Shown here in pieces: positions 37,805 to 39,911 of a DNA stretch of 39,911 nucleotides. The stretch's first letter is position 1; every line of letters begins with the position of its first letter. Source of the DNA: Anaerolineales bacterium. GTDB taxonomy: Bacteria; Chloroflexota; Anaerolineae; Anaerolineales; UBA4823. The DNA lies in assembly GCA_014859065.1 (NCBI GenBank), contig JACUUU010000002.1, positions 1 to 39,911 of the forward strand, written 5' to 3'. Made by a program: the position numbers and the translations under genes. Under the pieces are notes generated by a model. The model worked only from the letters and a program-made list of their open reading frames with translations. It ran no database searches and had not been told where the DNA came from.

Positions 37805-39721
37805 CTAGCGATAATACGTCCATATACTTATTAAACCAGTAATGTTTAAAATCATGAAAAAAGAAATGAAACATATATAAATAATCAACATTCGGGGTTT
37901 AATGAAATGGTGCATTTTTTTCACAACCTCCAGCCAGCCAACAACCAATATTCCCATCGTAGGAATAATCACTGGGTAAGCATAACGAGCAGATGGGATG
38001 AAAATATTGCCTCCCAAGATTGATCCCACTCCGCGCATCAGAGCTGCTCCCCAAATAATAACTAAGGATAAAACAAATATAAACAGGATTTCCCATGGAA
38101 AATGGCTCTGTCTTCTAATCAATACCAAACCTGCCCCAATCAAGCCGCTAAGCGTTATCATACCTAAGATCGTGTATGGACGGAAACCGACAAGGGGAAC
38201 ATGTCCCCACCCAAACATTCCCCAAAATGTCTGAAACAGAAATTTTAAAGTCGATTGTAAATACCAATCCGCCATCGACCAATCCAACAAAGTAGCTAAA
38301 ACCAAAGCTGGACGACCCGGGTAGTTTTCAGAAATCAAGCGATCATAAGTTGGGTTGATCCAAGGCCACGCAGATTCGGCTGAGGGGTTTTTCAACAAAT
38401 TTTCAAAAGGCTCACTTCCCCAGATACCGGATTTTGCCCTCGAATTGCTCATTTCAGGTTCTTGGTCAAGTGGGTAAGCACCTTCAGCCAAAACGATGCC
38501 ATCATAAAAGACTGAAACTTGTTTATCCTGTGATCTGCTGCTGGGGGTGACTAAGACATATACCCGAGTAAGTGTGTCACTCAAAGTTGTGCTAAAGGCA
38601 TAAAAAGCTGGTTTAGTATCTACTACTACGTCTTGAAAATAGTTGTGCTGAATATCAGATATTATCGGTGTGCGCACAGTGGTAGGTTCACTTGCCCAAA
38701 TCCAGGCGCCCAAGCTTATCGTTTTTCCCTGTAGGGCGTTTACCGTACCCCGCGGTAAAACTTGTAACAGGCGTGGGGGCGACTTGTTGGGATCGAGAGT
38801 TAAATCGAAGGCGTAATTTCCAAACGGAGATTGGTTCTGCACGATACGGGTTGGCTTGTTGGAATATGTTTGCCGGTACCAATTGGCTGCATCTCCCCAA
38901 TGAAAAACCACCACCAAAGCCACCAATCCCATAAGAGCAACCACCATCCAGGCATATCTACGACGAGAATCCCTAAGCAATGCAAATAAAAGTACTGGTA
39001 GCCATAAGATAGACACCAAAGATACGGTATTCTTGGTGTAAAAGGTAATTACTGCCATGATAGCCATTATAAGAAACTTTGGCCATGAAAACCCACGTTG
39101 AATCAAGCACAAAGACATCCATAGAAATAGGGAAAAGAAAGCTGTCGCACCAACATCAGAGTTTACGGCTGTCATCAAATCGGCAAAACCAGGTAACAAT
39201 GCAATACTCAAGGGTAACATCCAGTGTACAGGATGCCTGTATGGAATAAGCTCCCGGATAATCCCATATGCAGCCAGGATCGTTGTGAGATACAACCCTA
39301 ACGAGACAATCCTCATTAGATAAAGCTGGAAAACAATATCTGTGTAAGGAATAAAGCGAAGGGGAATTCCAGCGAAATAATAATACAGAGGTTGGTCAGA
39401 GATTTGTGAGAAACCGATCCAGATGGGCTCGTCTTGGGCTAGCAAGTTGGGTTGAAAATTCATGCTATCAAAGAAACCGTGTTCGATCATCGAAGCCGCT
39501 AACTCCCTACGCATACCCTGGTCGTAGGTGCCCGGTGAAGGGATTCCTTCCTGGTTTGCAATCAACCAGGCAAATTCAAAGTGTCCGGGCTCATCATAGT
39601 GCTGCCAGGGAGGCACAATAAATATAAATACCAATCCAATCATTAAAGCCAAAAGGAGCACCATAATAATTACATGATGCTCCTTGATAAACTGCCTTAT
39701 TGCATACGAGACAGCCAACAT
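37805..39721 (-). CDS. Polytopic membrane protein, putative GT-C-fold glycosyltransferase/polymerase-like
   Basis: 638 aa. An N-terminal TM is followed by an HYDEPGH loop motif, about 8 TM segments, a ~230-aa extracytoplasmic domain, and about 5 C-terminal TM segments. It sits among polysaccharide genes. The family assignment is tentative. Confidence 0.45.
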   Translation of the reverse strand: MLAVSYAIRQFIKEHHVIIMVLLLALMIGLVFIFIVPPWQHYDEPGHFEFAWLIANQEGIPSPGTYDQGMRRELAASMIEHGFFDSMNFQPNLLAQDEPIWIGFSQISDQPLYYYFAGIPLRFIPYTDIVFQLYLMRIVSLGLYLTTILAAYGIIRELIPYRHPVHWMLPLSIALLPGFADLMTAVNSDVGATAFFSLFLWMSLCLIQRGFSWPKFLIMAIMAVITFYTKNTVSLVSILWLPVLLFALLRDSRRRYAWMVVALMGLVALVVVFHWGDAANWYRQTYSNKPTRIVQNQSPFGNYAFDLTLDPNKSPPRLLQVLPRGTVNALQGKTISLGAWIWASEPTTVRTPIISDIQHNYFQDVVVDTKPAFYAFSTTLSDTLTRVYVLVTPSSRSQDKQVSVFYDGIVLAEGAYPLDQEPEMSNSRAKSGIWGSEPFENLLKNPSAESAWPWINPTYDRLISENYPGRPALVLATLLDWSMADWYLQSTLKFLFQTFWGMFGWGHVPLVGFRPYTILGMITLSGLIGAGLVLIRRQSHFPWEILFIFVLSLVIIWGAALMRGVGSILGGNIFIPSARYAYPVIIPTMGILVVGWLEVVKKMHHFIKPRMLIIYICFISFFMILNITGLISIWTYYR

Positions 39722-39731
39722 AGGGGACTTC

Positions 39732-39911
39732 TTAACCTTCTTGGTTTAAATCATTGGTGACTTGTTCGGAAATTGAATCAAGGTTTGGATTCCTACACCA
39801 ATAAGATGAAACCACCCACAAAGCCCCCAAAAATATCCCTAACACTGCTCCAATCACAGTGTTCCGAGCTGTGCCTCTGGGAACTGGGCTCTGCGGAGGA
39901 ATCGCCTGGCT
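39732..39911 (-). CDS. 3' end of a Wzz/chain-length-determinant-like protein (partial, runs off window)
   Basis: Manual translation of the minus strand gives ...SQAIPPQSPVPRGTARNTVIGAVLGIFLGALWVVSSYW...QEG*. A Pro-rich motif immediately before a C-terminal TM is typical of Wzz/PCP proteins. It is too short to appear in the ORF track. Confidence 0.4.
   Translation of the reverse strand, partial: SQAIPPQSPVPRGTARNTVIGAVLGIFLGALWVVSSYWCRNPNLDSISEQVTNDLNQEG

Overview
This 39.9 kb window looks like a chromosomal segment from a monoderm-type bacterium. Protein signatures suggest a Chloroflexota/Anaerolineae-like organism, but that is inference only. About 75% of the coding sequence is on the minus strand. 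No CRISPR array, transposase, integrase or rRNA was seen.

Most of the window is housekeeping:
- hyuB/hyuA (hydantoinase/oxoprolinase pair)
- hppA (membrane pyrophosphatase)
- obg-nadD
- rex, with two Rex-box-like palindromes upstream
- A 12-gene co-directional minus-strand array: ino1-adh-yebC-ruvC-ruvA-proC-M42 peptidase-atpA-atpG-atpD-atpC-mreB
- One tRNA-Pro(CGG) with a near-consensus promoter and a bidirectional terminator
- The edge of a polysaccharide cluster: WecG/TagA-like transferase, a GT-C-like membrane protein, and a Wzz-like C-terminal fragment

The accessory-looking part is a unidirectional minus-strand block at 5193-12522. It runs HisKA_3 histidine kinase, LuxR-type response regulator, ABC ATPase, two paralogous ABC-2 permeases, a secreted five-Cys/Pro-Thr-linker protein with a sorting-signal-like C-terminus, and a membrane-anchored protein with an ordered His/Cys/Arg pattern reminiscent of sortases. 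A truncated, frameshifted PP2C/SpoIIE phosphatase remnant lies at its right junction. The sortase-like/substrate-like pair is my best candidate for an undescribed system, but it rests on motifs only.

Other points worth a second look:
- A 49-aa entericidin-like lipoprotein ORF missing from the ORF track
- A ~41-aa insertion in AtpA
- An atp cluster lacking atpH and the Fo genes, followed 3 nt later by mreB
- A polytopic membrane/EEP phosphoesterase fusion

All family calls come from remembered motifs. No searches were run.
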